Shown here: in pieces, positions 1 through 13,100 of the stretch
Numbering within the stretch: position 1 is the stretch's first letter
Layout: each line of letters begins with the position of its first letter
Source: Balanoglossus misakiensis
Lineage: Eukaryota > Animalia > Hemichordata
DNA length: 64,000 nt
NCBI GenBank assembly: GCA_040954595.2
Contig: CM082578.2
Span: forward strand, 7,735,519 to 7,799,518
Direction: 5' to 3'
Notes under the pieces: model-generated
Told to the model about the DNA's origin: nothing
What the model saw: only the letters and a program-made list of their open reading frames with translations
Databases searched by the model: none
Program-made: the position numbers and the translations under genes

Positions 1-73
1 CCTTGCAACACTATTCCCAGACTGATTTCGTAAAAGGTACATCTCTCGCAACAGATGAGGTGTAATTAGTTAC

Positions 74-241
74 CTGAATCAAATCCTTGGTTCTCGAAGT
101 GTCTCCTTCTTCGACTGCCTCCAGAAATTCTTCTTCGATATTTTCCCCTGCCCGCTGTTGTTTAGTGCGAGAATCCTGCTGCCTGTAGCGCTGGGTTCGA
201 GCGTTCATTGGAAACGCGAAATTGTCACCCTCGCTCGTCAT
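74..241 (-). CDS. First coding exon of a TRPC-like / ankyrin-repeat gene (partial; continues beyond the left edge)
   Basis: ATG at 241 gives 56 codons ending ...ENIEEEFLEAVEEGDTSRTKDLIQ, then a CAG|GTAACT donor (phase 0). EEEFLEAVEEGD resembles the first ankyrin-like repeat of TRPC channels (E..FL.A.E.GD). A minus-strand pyrimidine tract plus AG at ~262-310 implies an upstream non-coding exon, with a candidate donor CAG|GTAAGG at ~1005. Confidence 0.55.
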
Positions 242-1743
242 ATTCTGGTATGAACTCAGTCAACTGTCCTTTGCAGGGCGGGGTAGAAAAGAAAGAAAGG
301 GGGGGGGGTCTGGTTCAGTACAATGGCGTTCTGCTGACTCACAACACACTGTATAAACCATTATTATGGCTGTAACGTTAATGGATAAGCATTAAGCATC
401 ACACTGTGTTCCCCTTGGGAATGCATTGAAGTTGTAATAATATTATAAGAATCGTGTCAGACGCTAAAATTCACGCGAGTCGCCTTTCACTGTGTGCGAA
501 TCAATTTACTTAGGCCTATAGTAATGCATGAGAGGTCGCCCCGAATGCTTAAATGCCCAGCTAAATGTAAAAAAAAACCTCGGCTCAAAGAATTTTATGT
601 CGATGATGTACCTCAATCATGTCACTGTGTTCATTATTATTTTTGAACAATTGTATGTTTCAATGTACTCTGCGATGGAAACAATCCGGTAAAATATCGG
701 CTAGGAACTTAATGTTCGTCTTTCTTTGACGATTCCCTGTTTGACAATACACAAATATTCAACAGATATATACGTGTATGTTGTCGCCTCGACTTAAAAA
801 AGGCACATATGCACGTGACCGATCAGATTGCTTTGACGATGCCACGAAAGAAAATATTTGTCCAGTTAAAAAATTCATTTGACAGCATGAGTGGGTCGCA
901 ACACGCTATACTGAGGGCCCGTCCGTCGTTTAGGTCGTTCGCCATGGCTGTATCTGTATCAGGGTGTATCTGTACCAGAAATAATAAGTTCGTAAGTGCC
1001 TTACCTGGCTGATCAGTCGGCAACATCTATGGCCTGTGGAATGACAGTAAAATCGTTTTGTATTAATTAACAAGAGGGAGAGTCAAATTAGAATGTAAAT
1101 ATATGTCACGTGACCGCGCAAATCTAATATCAAGCACAATAGCCTGCCGTCGTTGTCATGGGTGATATAAAGCATCCACATTTATTATGGTTTACGGATA
1201 TATTAAAATCACGGCTATTACCTCGAAAAGAAAGGAAAACTCAATCATCTGCTGAGTTTAACTCGACAATCAACTGTTATAATGTAATTATCGACTGAAT
1301 CGAGGAATTTCACAATGTTGAGGGCGCTACCGCAATTCTCTGATACCTCAACCTCAATGTTCTTGTTTGCTTTCAAGTTCAAACACGCCTATAAAATCTT
1401 TCGTTTTCAAAGGTTAAACATTTTCTCGTCAGCAACCGGACAAAGGAAATATTCGCGAAGTAAGGTTTGTTAGCAAGTTGATCAAATATATTTAACCAGA
1501 AATACAATACAATACGATACAATGAAAACAATACAAGATATCTTTACAGAGATATAGCAAAATGGCCATGAAAATAGTTCGACAGAATTACTGCTACTCC
1601 ATGGCCCTGGAAAGTACATCCAATATCTTTTTGAAAGCTAACATGAATACATGTATATTATATACATGTATGTATACATTGTATTTATATTCATTTATGT
1701 AGACAGACATATTTCAGACAGACAGACAGACAAATGAATAAAT

Positions 1744-1802
1744 AAACAAACAAACAAACAAACAAACAAACAAACAAACAAACAAACAAACAAACAAACA
1801 AA
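1744..1802. repeat. (AAAC)n microsatellite
   Basis: About 14 perfect units. Confidence 0.95.
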
Positions 1803-3446
1803 TAAAATAAAAGAGCTTTAATTCATCTACTTGGACTGGATCGACTTGAAGTTGGCCTTCATACACTGTCCATGGTTATTAGACATACGTCACAGTCACA
1901 TGCAACGTTTGCCTGCTATTTTGCACGATTATATTGTATTTCGAAATTGTTTATCTGGCAATATTAAACGATGCCTCGTGATGGTTGAAAATAAACAAAA
2001 ACAGACGAATTCTTGTGTGATTCGACAAGCGCTTACGAATCAAAAGGTCAGGGGTCACATTACCAACACTGCGTAGGCAGAAACCAGGAAGTGAACATTG
2101 AGTTGCAGTCGTTGAAAACACAGCGACATTTTTTTTCTCTGCCGACTTCATGTCTGGATCGCATCGATCCGTCACCCTGCTGCTGCCGCTATCGCAGGGG
2201 AACTGAGACTTCAGGTTTCGGCGAGCGTAAGTATATGATTTTCGAGTATGAACGGTGGCCATGTCCTCCAGCGCCGGCTTCAGCAATGTGTGTGCATTGA
2301 CTACACGGTTGACCCAGACAGAGCGAACGCGAACAAAGCATAGCGTTATAAACTTCCATGGCAGTCGTGTGTATTTGGTTGAATACGGAGGCGCCTACAC
2401 GACGTCATTTACACATTTTGCCTCCTTGTTCTACCGAAGATATCTGAACGTGTTAATTTAATGTTTATGACGAAAGACGATTTTCTGCGACGGAAACACC
2501 ATGCCCGTGTCACGGTGTCGCTTTCGCGGCGAAGTGTCTGACGATATAGGCCTTGCCCTGCGCTTGTGCTACACTTCTGATATCAGACACGAGTGGGCCA
2601 GTCCCAATCACCATATTCTTAGAAATGTCGTAACGAAACCGAAATTCAACCTAGCAGAACAGATATATACATCCGTCACTGATTAAGTATTTCCCCGCGC
2701 TAAAAATAAACACCACTGTTTACCGCTGTGTGGGGTTTTTGATGAGTGGCCTGACGTGACCTTGGCTGGCTGATCTGAGCTGTGAGTGGAGCGCCCGACG
2801 TTTAGCGCCCTCTATCGAGACAAGATTAATACCACTTGTCAGGTTCCTTGTGAGACTCGCCCAACCGCGACAGGAAACGTTTAAGAATAGAAAATGGGCG
2901 GCAAAGTTTGTCGGATATTTCAAATAGAGAGCCACCGCGTGTATATTCATATTTGTAAGCACGTATTGCGACCACAGGAACCCCAAAACGAGCAGTTAAC
3001 ATTTTTTGTGGACAGTATCACTCTAAACGGTTGTGTTCAGGCAGCCTCTGAAGGTCGTGACATTTTAATGGCAAATGTCTTTGTCAAATTAATAGTTTTA
3101 AACCGAAGACATATGAATGGAAACCCTGTCTTTGAACTATTAGAGTATTTCTGTGTCATCCGAATGTACTTGGGAAGTACTTGCGTCTACCATGTAGAAG
3201 GACGGACTGAAGAAAACGTATCTGAAAAATTATACTAGTAACTCCTCCCGAATAAACTGAATACTTGGCAAGTTCAAAACTTGCTTTAGCGAGTACAACT
3301 AGAATCTGCTGTTGCTTAGACCAAAATAGCGAAAAAGTCAACAATAGTCGCAGCTGCTGTACAAGTAAAATTGTGACGATGTTGCGTTTTTCAGGGCACT
3401 GTATTATACCCACCGACTGGATTGGTCGCTCATCCGCCAAAACAAG

Positions 3447-5183
3447 ATGGACGGGGTGACACTACCACAGGCAGGCGATGACGTGTCATCGACTTTAACA
3501 TTCCACGACCGCGACAACGCCCCGGCCATACTGAAGAACCTGCGCGAGTTCTACAACGAGCGGGCGCTGTCCGACCTGACGCTGGTGGTTCTGGGCCAGG
3601 AGTTCCAGTGCCACCGCTGCGTGCTGGCCTGCGTCAGTCCCTACTTCAGGGCCATGTTCAACAGCGGCATGATGGAGAGCCTGTCCTCCAAGGTGACCTT
3701 GAGCGACGTGGAGCCCATAGCCGTCCGGGTCGTCCTCGACTACGTGTACACGTCCAACGTGACCGTGAACGAGGGGAACGTGCAGCAGCTGATACACGCC
3801 GCCTGCATGTTCCAGATGGACTCGCTTTTCAAGTTCTGCTGCTCGTTCCTGAAGGGGCACCTGAGCCCGCTCAACTGTTTCAGCATCCTGCAGCTCGCCG
3901 ACACGTATTCCAGCGGCGAGCTGAAAGAGGTCGCCACCATGTTCATCCTGCAGAATTTCTGCCGGGTCTGCGCGACGGACGAGTTCCTGCAGCTGAGCCA
4001 AGACTCGCTTGTCGCGTACCTGTCCGACGAAGACGTGATCGTGGAAGACGAGGAAAGGCTCTGCAAAGCCCTGATCAGGTGGGTGGAACATGACGTCATC
4101 GAGAGAGGCAAGTACCTGGCCAGACTCATCCGCAAGTTTGTGAACGTCACCAAGTTGGAACGGACCTACATAGACTCCCTGCTGCAGGAAAATGAGCTTG
4201 TTCGGACCCAGGAGAAACTGCAGCAGGTCCTCGAGAACAGACCCAAGACATTCCGCGGGTTCGACGCGAACGATGCCAGGTGCGAGAGCGTCGTCGTGCT
4301 CAGCGCCACTAACGGTAGGTACAGGTGCACGTGCCCGGACCTGTACGAGTACGACACCCTCCGCAAGACCCTGACCCACTACGGCAGCATACGGGAGATC
4401 CACGTTGAGGGCAGTATGTCGTCGGTCACGGTGATGGACGGAAACAGGACTTGCGTGCTGACCGGGCAGGATTCGGTCTGGCACCTCGAGGGGACTAAGA
4501 AGGGATGGGTGAAGGTGCAGACGAACGTGGAACACTACGGCGGCACGGTTGCAACCATCGACGAGAGACTCTACGTCGTGGAAAACAGCGGCACGTCCGC
4601 CGACGTGCTCATCTTGGATGACGACCTCAACTGGCAGTCGGTGACGGCAATACCGCACGGAAACTGCTACTCCACCGTAGTCGTGTCCGACGACAAACTG
4701 TACGTGGTCGGGGGGCAGCGCACCCCGCACAACCAGTGCTACGATCCCGTGTCAAACCTCTGGGAGAGCCTGAGACCCCCGCCTTTGCCGTTTTCCAACT
4801 GCCCCGGGGTGGCGCTCAACAGCTTTATCTACGTCATAGGCGTGTACTGCCCCAAGAGGAAGGAGGAGAGCGCCGTGCTGCGCTACGACCCCAGCATCAA
4901 CGACTGGTGTTTCATCGCCAACCTCGCCATCCCGGGGAAACAGCTCGGGGCCGTGGCCTGCAACGGGGTCATATACTCGTTCTCGACCACCCACGAAGAG
5001 CCCTGGGCCGAGGGGAAGCGACTTCTCCAGATCCAGCGCTACAACGCCTCCCAGAACACCTGGACGTGCACCTTTCGCGACAGCTTCAGCATCAACAACC
5101 CCGACAGTGGCATGTGCTTCCTGTCGTACAAACACTACCGCAGTGTGAAGATGCTCATGGAGAAGGCGCTTGAGAATCTGTGA
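3447..5183 (+). CDS. Kelch-like BTB-BACK-Kelch protein (CUL3 adaptor family), 578 aa, intronless CDS
   Basis: BTB: LSDLTLVV...CHRCVLACVSPYFRAMFNSGMMES. BACK: EFLQLSQDSL...EERLCKALIRWVEHD. Kelch repeats: KLYVVGG...CYDPVSNLW, IYVIG...RYDPSINDW, RYNASQNTW. Strong G/C third-position bias. Acceptor ttttcag at 3393 just upstream suggests a 5'UTR intron. Confidence 0.95.
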   Translation: MDGVTLPQAGDDVSSTLTFHDRDNAPAILKNLREFYNERALSDLTLVVLGQEFQCHRCVLACVSPYFRAMFNSGMMESLSSKVTLSDVEPIAVRVVLDYVYTSNVTVNEGNVQQLIHAACMFQMDSLFKFCCSFLKGHLSPLNCFSILQLADTYSSGELKEVATMFILQNFCRVCATDEFLQLSQDSLVAYLSDEDVIVEDEERLCKALIRWVEHDVIERGKYLARLIRKFVNVTKLERTYIDSLLQENELVRTQEKLQQVLENRPKTFRGFDANDARCESVVVLSATNGRYRCTCPDLYEYDTLRKTLTHYGSIREIHVEGSMSSVTVMDGNRTCVLTGQDSVWHLEGTKKGWVKVQTNVEHYGGTVATIDERLYVVENSGTSADVLILDDDLNWQSVTAIPHGNCYSTVVVSDDKLYVVGGQRTPHNQCYDPVSNLWESLRPPPLPFSNCPGVALNSFIYVIGVYCPKRKEESAVLRYDPSINDWCFIANLAIPGKQLGAVACNGVIYSFSTTHEEPWAEGKRLLQIQRYNASQNTWTCTFRDSFSINNPDSGMCFLSYKHYRSVKMLMEKALENL

Positions 5184-6364
5184 TGGGGATGCGAGAAACA
5201 CTGTGTGTGTCAAGGAACTCGTCGTGCGCGGCACGCCTGTGTGTGATGTAAATGCATCTTCACACGTTTTACTCAAATGAGAAGAACAGTCATTTTAGAA
5301 ATACGACTTCGACGATTTGGAGGTTTGGTTGAAAAAAAAACACACATGAAAGAAAATAACAAAAACAACGGAATCGCAATAGCTGTCATTGATTTATGCG
5401 CCCTATGATTATTTCTAGACTGAGGCTACGCTAGACGTTTCAAATCTACAGGACTCTTATTCGCTAGAAACGCATATTCCGTGTCACTTCCGCTTCAAGA
5501 CAGACAAGCGGATTCTGAGCCTTCGTTTTGATATTTCATCGCTGACGCCGTAGCATAGTGCATTGCCACACATAATATTTAAGTGTCTTGTACTGCTTCG
5601 GTCATAAAAAGTGCCAAATATTCATTGAGAAAAGTGATTCAACATCAAAAGCAGGCCCCTCTTGCGTCGATGCTAAGGCTAAGCATTTCCGCGTGGTGTG
5701 ATGGTCTGCTCTATCTATAGTTGGACCGGGTATGTTAGAGAAACTGCTGCCGTACCAGTCTAACAGTTTTGGTGCCGTCGATCATAAAACCAGATAAATG
5801 CTGACGTAATTCCCTTAGTACATTTTGGTGCTGACCTCCGCGCTTCCAAGCGAAACTCCACATTAGAAATTGTTATTTTATGTTATATACGTTTTTCCGT
5901 TGTATATATGATTGTGACATTTTCTGTATGCTGGAGTCCGCATTCACGTACCAAAAAGTGTGATGTATATATAGGTACGCATAGGGATGATGTATCTATG
6001 AGAACTCTTGGCATATCCGGCAGATGTCAACTCCGTGCCGCGGGGGGGGGGGGGGGGGGGTCTAAGTGCGGGACTTTACCCTTAATGCACACACTTTGAT
6101 TGATTTTGCAATATACTAATTACCGGCACGTAGTGTTTAAAAATTGTTATATATTTGAATATAGCTTGATTTGCTTATGCCTTTGGTACAGTTGATGTAA
6201 TTGATATTGCCATTTCCACACAGAGAAAACTGACTATTTTTTATGTTCGACGGCTCCTATCGATCACGTCCATGTCATGTATCCCAGAGAGCTGCAATAA
6301 GCGTAGAACTTTTAAAAATAAACTGCTTGATTTGATAAACATGTTGAGTCGACGTGTTACAAAA

Positions 6365-6439
6365 CAATACAATAGAATAGAATACAATACAATACAATAC
6401 AATACAATACAATACAATACAATACAATACAATACAATA
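6365..6439. repeat. (AATAC)n microsatellite
   Basis: Pentamer array with two AATAG variants. Confidence 0.95.
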
Positions 6440-7756
6440 TCAAACGCCATCCTTTCTTTTGGATCAAACATAAGTGACCGTTGACGACCGTGTTATAAAA
6501 AAAAAGTTTGAAGGTAGCACTCAGCGCCACCAATGGCGAGAGTCTGTGCCCTTGTGCCCTACTTCATATACCTTTGCGCACGTCATTGGCGAGGTTAGCT
6601 TTAGTGACATTATTTCCAGATTTAAAAAAAAACAGATCGGGGATTAAAACAACAAACATGCACACATTCGGCCTGATTTGCACACGTGGAAAGACGGTGG
6701 ACGTTTATCTATCACTGCAGGTCAACAACAGTGTGACCCTATATCGATCCACACAGTCTAGCTATACCACAGCAACTTGTACAACACCGGCGTGGACCTT
6801 CGCAGAGAACAATCGTCATAGATTAGTTTCTTACACTTCACGAAATGCCTCTGCACCACTCGAAGGCACGGTGACCCGATCATCAATACAAATCACAAAT
6901 GTTAACGTTTATTCCTCAGTCCTTATTGTTAGCGTCATTTAAGATTCCATCTGCGGCTGGATTGAAAAACACACACACACACACACAAATGTGAGTGACA
7001 CTGAAAACGATTCCGATAGGTTGGATGTAATTTCTCCACCATCAAATCTACTGTACCGTGAGAGAGCATTTATGTCTTTATCGATTTAAATAGATTACAC
7101 ACTAGGTCGACCATGTTGCTGCCGCTAATCCAAAAATTAATTTAGTGAGAAAGGCGACTTTTATAGAAAACACTGACACTCTGGTACATACGTCGACGTC
7201 AGTAATCACCAGACTCTGCCTGCCTCCACGTATATTAAGCAAAGCCGCCATTGTTGACGTTGTTTTTATGTTACTTTACCCTCTAGCAACATTTCTAACG
7301 ACAGAATATATAGACGTTATTATGCCAACAGTAATGCTTTGACGACTCTCTGTGGTTTTGTAAACAAAACAATTCAGTTTCTCGTAAAACCCAGATAAGA
7401 TAGCACCATGAAACGAAAGCAACGTGCGAGAAAAGCCGATATAGTTTTTATTAATATGCAAAATCTGTCGATTCGTGAGAACTTTCTCTATAATGACGAC
7501 ATTAACGGTCAAAACGCTCTCTGATCTTCCGCAAATGACATTTTCATTTCACAATCTTCGCGTTTTGACATCATCAATTCAGTCCACTGCCATGGTTACC
7601 GAGGCGAAACACATCAAGAGGAGGTGAGACGAGAAGGTCATAAACACCCCCAATTAAACCGAGTTCCTCTTCCGCTAATGGATCATCACCATCAATAGAC
7701 CGTGCATTATACTCTTTGCGGGTCAGTGTCGAAGCTCGCCGCGTTGTGCGCGCCTG

Positions 7757-7770
7757 GTTACCCTGGCAAC
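7757..7770. promoter_or_regulatory. RFX X-box upstream of cadherin exon 1
   Basis: GTTACCCTGGCAAC fits the RFX consensus GTTNCC(N1-2)GGNAAC; ~2.3 kb upstream of the cadherin ATG. Confidence 0.5.
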
Positions 7771-10094
7771 CTGATAACGAGGTAATGGAAATGCATCCGA
7801 ACCTCAAAAGTCTAAATTACATTACTTGAACCCCATTATGAGCAATAACAAGGTAATGATTGAAGTACAACGGCAAGGATGCCAGTAATGGCCCGGGGAA
7901 GGCTGTAAACCTCTTGCTTTCCCCACGAGTCTGCGGGGAGGAAGATAATGCACTTTCACTGTAGTCGTTATTTTATCTTAAAGTCCTGCGTGGCAAATTT
8001 CATGACATTTTAAGCACGTGACCGCGTGTTCGCAGGAATACAGTGAATATGACCCAAATATTGAGAGTCAGCACCGCGGGGTATCGCTCATTCTCTACTA
8101 CATGTGTATATCTCCGTCTGTGAATATGCTGTGACGTGTCATTTGTTTTCCCTTCAAAATCTGCGGAGATCCAAGCTTTGGGCTTGGTGGGCCGTCCCTT
8201 TCCTGGCCTTGACTGACAGTTCAACACATCGCCCTCAAGCGTATACATTGTCATTATCCTTGGTAAGAAATCTTAGCATCCGTGGTTCAATTTATGTATA
8301 TGCACAGAATCACTCTGACGACCCGTGAGGTTTTATAGTTTTGTCCGCTTCATTCTATTTTTTGCGGTATACAAAATCTAAACCATACGGTATAGTCGAC
8401 AGCCATCATTTTTCATAAACACAGCGCACACTTAGTGTATATTATACGAACAATTTATATTTTTATGGTTCCGTTTCTCTAAAAAAACATATACGCCGAC
8501 TTATTTTTTCCTGTCGTTCGACCAATAGCTTAACGTCTGACCTTAGGGTGAATGCAAAGAACACGACAAACTAGAAATTAATTATTCAAAATCGTGTTTT
8601 ATACAAAATGTGACTCAGAACAGATATAGAGAATTATTCATGAAATATGCAGAAGTCCAATTCAATGTAATTTGTGACCTCTTCTGAATTAACAACTGAT
8701 GTGCGAACGCAATATCAAATGTTTAATTTTACAAACACATCCCAACAGTAAATATGGCATCAGAGTTTCCATTTAAAATTTGATAAACGTATTTTGACCA
8801 TATTCGTTTGCCATAAACCACGACAGTGAAAATATAGGGCATATTTTATTCGGTGTCAACAATCAAATAAACGCCCTCGTTTCAACGCATCAATCCATTG
8901 TACGTCCACGTTTGTAGTATGCCTCGCTGTAGAGCCGTAAAACAACTTGGAAGAGATTCTGGGAAATATGCGGAATTGATTGCGTCTTAGGAGTCGCTGA
9001 GTGTTATCCATAATCCTCTCTTACTGTTTATGATATTCCAGCAAAGTACCCTCCCTTTGTTTTCATACTTATGTTGGGTAGGCAATCGACAGTTAACTGG
9101 ACATATAATATTATATATTTCCTGTCGTAAACCGACATTGTTAAAACGACCAATGTATACTTGTACACGGACGGCCAGACTTAAAATATCAATATTTCTC
9201 CGTCAGTAGCACACGCGGAACATAAAATACACTCAAAAATAAATAGGTATATTCTGGCGACATAAGGGCATTCTGACATGCGTTAGCGGGTAGATCCGCA
9301 CAATATAGGTCACTGCGTGCTTTACAAAAGGTATTATAACTTCAAATTATCATAATAAGGCAGAAAAGTCGTCAACATTTCTGATTTGTGTTTTACGTTC
9401 TGCGACAACAGCCCGCGCTGGGCTCTCTTGAACTCTAACGTGTCAACAGTCGTGTCGAGTCAGATTTGAGAGTTTGATGATATCATTTTTATTGTACTTT
9501 CACCCGATCACATTGGAAGAGTGTGCACGTATCGGACAGTTGTTACCGTACAAATATTTTCGCCGTCCTCTTAGCCATCAGATGATAATTGATACGATTT
9601 TTGTGAACTTTGAGATGTGCGTGTTTACTGTCGCCACTCGAATTTGTGGTCAGGTATGGTACCGGTCGCTGTAGTAGCTGGTTCCCGCCGCCCACAAGCG
9701 CTTCCCAGCCACTGTTGGCGCTGAGACCATAATATACAGTGACTGTTTCACGTATTGTCACTCGTCGACAACGACGTTGGCTACTGTTCAGTCGAGTTTG
9801 ATGTTTCACCGACCGTCGCGCGGTACGTCGACCAATAACAGACGAGCGCCTGCACACCTTGAATGATGACGTCACTGACAGGGCAGTTCTTTTGAGAAAC
9901 ACCCCCAGTTGTGCGATAAAGAGAACCACTCCACTGTATGTACGAGTACGACGTCGCGTCGTTGAAACACTGCGTGCGGAGGGTCAAATCTATACTATTT
10001 GGAGATACTTTAACAATCGGAGGGGGAAAAGTTCGAGTGCGAGCGATAGCCAGGAGGTACAAGACGTTTGGGTCAGCGTTATGTGGCTTTGAAT

Positions 10095-10194
10095 ATGAAG
10101 ATGGGAAAACGGAGATATAGACGTGAAAAAGAAATGTGTTTGTGGCTCATCTTGGTGACGGTGATCGGTCTGTGCGGGCAAGCTGACGCGCAAG
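10095..10194 (+). CDS. Signal-peptide exon 1 of the cadherin (start could be ATG 10095, 10101 or 10134)
   Basis: Encodes MKMGKRRYRREKEMCLWLILVTVIGLCGQADAQ (basic n-region, hydrophobic core, A-D-A cleavage site). Consensus donor AG|GTAAGT in phase 1 matches the phase-1 acceptor at 25098 (G+AT = Asp, then CNITF). Implies a 14.9 kb intron. Confidence 0.75.
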
Positions 10195-13100
10195 GTAAGT
10201 ACGGATCACTGCAGCGAGCACCAGCTTTAGACAACACTCGTAATATTTGTTTTGTATTAAATACAGCAATTTCTCACATTTTCAAGTACCGCAGCAGTCC
10301 GCGATGGATTTTAGGGTGGAAAAATTACAAACTTTCGAAAGTTGCCTTGTAATGTAAACACCCACGGGCTTATTCCGTCTACGGTTCCTTGTTGCGGTCG
10401 GACCGTACGCGTTCTTCCAATCGCCTAAACTTCTGCCGGGGGTTCTCTCTCTCTCTCTCTCTCACGCAAGGCGTGTCGTTCTGTGGAAATTAAGTTATCC
10501 CCGGCACAAATGTTACAAGGGACACGATTCAGTTTTGTCCCTATTAACAACTCACGTCATCGTTAGTGCACAAATTGAATTTAGGAAAAAAATCGCTGCA
10601 ATTTAATCAACACGGTTACCCGCACGTCAGTCTGCCCGAAGTGAAGTGGGACGCATCCGATACGGTTCAGGAGCAAACACGATTAACCACTAAACTATGG
10701 CAAGCCATTGACCTTGACTTGGCTACGATCGAATACACCTGTACGTCAACCACTGATGATTCTTCTTTTTGAAAACCCTTCGTCGCATTCTTATAACCGG
10801 TGTGGTGTACAATATGTGACAAACAAAAGCAAGCGCGTTGTTTTATGTCCAACTGCCGCGAGTGTTTCGGCAAGTGTTGGAACTGTAAGGGTTATCGCAC
10901 AAGCTAAATTTCCACAATAAACTATAAAAACTTAGAAACATTGATATGTGATTGTGCAGTAATGACAAGTGGCAGTAAATAATCGGCGCCAATCTCATAT
11001 TTTGCGACGCCTGTACTGACTGATACACATATACAAGGGCCGTTACCTTGGCTTCTAAATCGCGTGGGACTTTTGACTTGTTCGGCGCTTATTACAAACT
11101 AGGTGCACTCAGCAATGAACGTGGGTGAACCATTTTCACCGTCGCCGTGTTTACTGAGCACCGATATAGAACGCCGTTAATCGCGGATTGGCAGCGTTTG
11201 TGTCAATAGGTTCGTCGTCTCCGGTATGTGCGAATGTTGGCATCCGCGTGTTTTAGGGGTTACGATACCCGATCTTTCGAGTTCAGGGGGTGTTTGTCCG
11301 ACCCATCGTGTAAATTTATTTAAAGTTAAACCCGATAACAGCGAATGATATGTCGGATTCGAGTGCGCGACGCCCCGCTCCTGTGTTTGAACCCTCGTAA
11401 GCCAACTCCCATACAGCGCACGCACAAAACACTGGTTGCCGAGTGCGACATTTGCCCCGGCGCAACTCGAGCGTGTCGCTACAGGGACGGGGTATTGTCA
11501 CCGCGAACGTCACACAATACTTTGTATAGTCTGTCTCGGTATCGATCGATAAACTGAATTTACCTTGTTATAAGGACACTTGTGTTTAGAATATCAGGTC
11601 AAAAAGCACTTGTGAGGAAAATCTGCCAATTTTGTGAAAATACTATACTGAATATACATGTTGGAATTACTATAGGTATAAATGTCTAACTATCTCACGC
11701 AATGCTGTAGATTGCGCGTACTTCACCTGTAAGGACCAATGGGTTTATATTCTTGATAGGATTGCTCATAACACAATCTGCCTTGTGTGAATTATTAAGT
11801 CAGAAGGGATACAGCAAGACAAGTAAATCATTCGCATAGCGATGGTCCTAGGCGTTAAGGGTTTTACAGACTGAAGGAAATGAAGCGAAATTGAGTTATT
11901 TACACCGGGCTGCCGGCTACGCCGAACACCAGAAACAATGCGGCTTTTCGTAATGTCATGAGTGGAGCTAAAACTGAGTAATTTATGTCTACGAGGTGAA
12001 CTGCCGTCCAAAACAATAAACTTTCATGCAATTCAAACGTATGTGTTTCGCACGTTGTTTCTTAAGATTTACACGCCTTTCAACGTTAGACTAGGACTAA
12101 TTAACCGTATACATTCAAGAGTATCATATTTCATGCATGCATGGGTGTGGTGGGGTTGAGGGAAAGCTAGGCGACTGAGGTATTCTTGTTTTGACGATTT
12201 CCAGCGGTAACAACGATGTGTTGCGCATGCGCACTCTTGTCCAAATACATATATACACACCATCACCCGCGCCTAGTAAATGGTTTTGAATACTGCATGA
12301 CAAGAATAATTCATTTTATATATCCGTTGGAACATTTAGGATGTGACAAGTGGTTAATTTATATAACGATTCCGAGACCACAGAAAATTGTGTCGAAAAA
12401 GCTGTGATCTTACTGACTCCAAAGGAATTTCAGTTATTATGCCTTGGAGATCGTTCGTGGGTCGGAGTTGAGGACCTGGGCGCGGGAGGGGTGGCAAATT
12501 ATACGGAGTAAGGTGTAGGGTACAACACTTTTTCGACTGTATAATAAAATCATCATTGGGCATCTGTTGATGCAGTTGCATGAAGATATTTGCCTAAATA
12601 GACTTTCCAAGGTTCTTAAAAGGCAGGTTCACATATTCTTTACGAGCAGTTGTCGTCACACTTTTATCGGAAAATTCTACATCCTCCATCACACGATTTC
12701 ACGTTGTTATGACGGACAGGGTTTCCTTTTTATCATTTTATATCTTCTGAGAGGGACGCATTATTTTAGAGAAAAGATGTCAAAATTTTCAACCGTGACC
12801 AGGAAACATCGCACATTAAATACATGCGTTGAAATCGTCCCCCACCCCCACGTAATGTGTAAACGTTCCCTTGGCACACGATCTGCAAGTTTACGTCAAC
12901 TTGAAAGTTTGTGATTACTTCATGGTCTAATCTTAATCCTGAAAACTGCAGTATACAACTACTAATACCAACATTTAATTTGTCGGCTATCTCTATTGCA
13001 AATAAGATTTTCATTTCTCGCGAATCTTAATATTTGCAGCAATCGAGGATTGCTTAGATAGCAGTGTCCCTTCTCCCTGCAAGTGGAGGGAATTTGATTA

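Noticed and set aside
3495-5276. Long antisense and alternate-frame ORFs over the Kelch gene (411, 174, 161 aa), and similar ones over the large cadherin exons
   Set aside because: Shadow ORFs caused by high GC3 codon bias; no recognisable domain.
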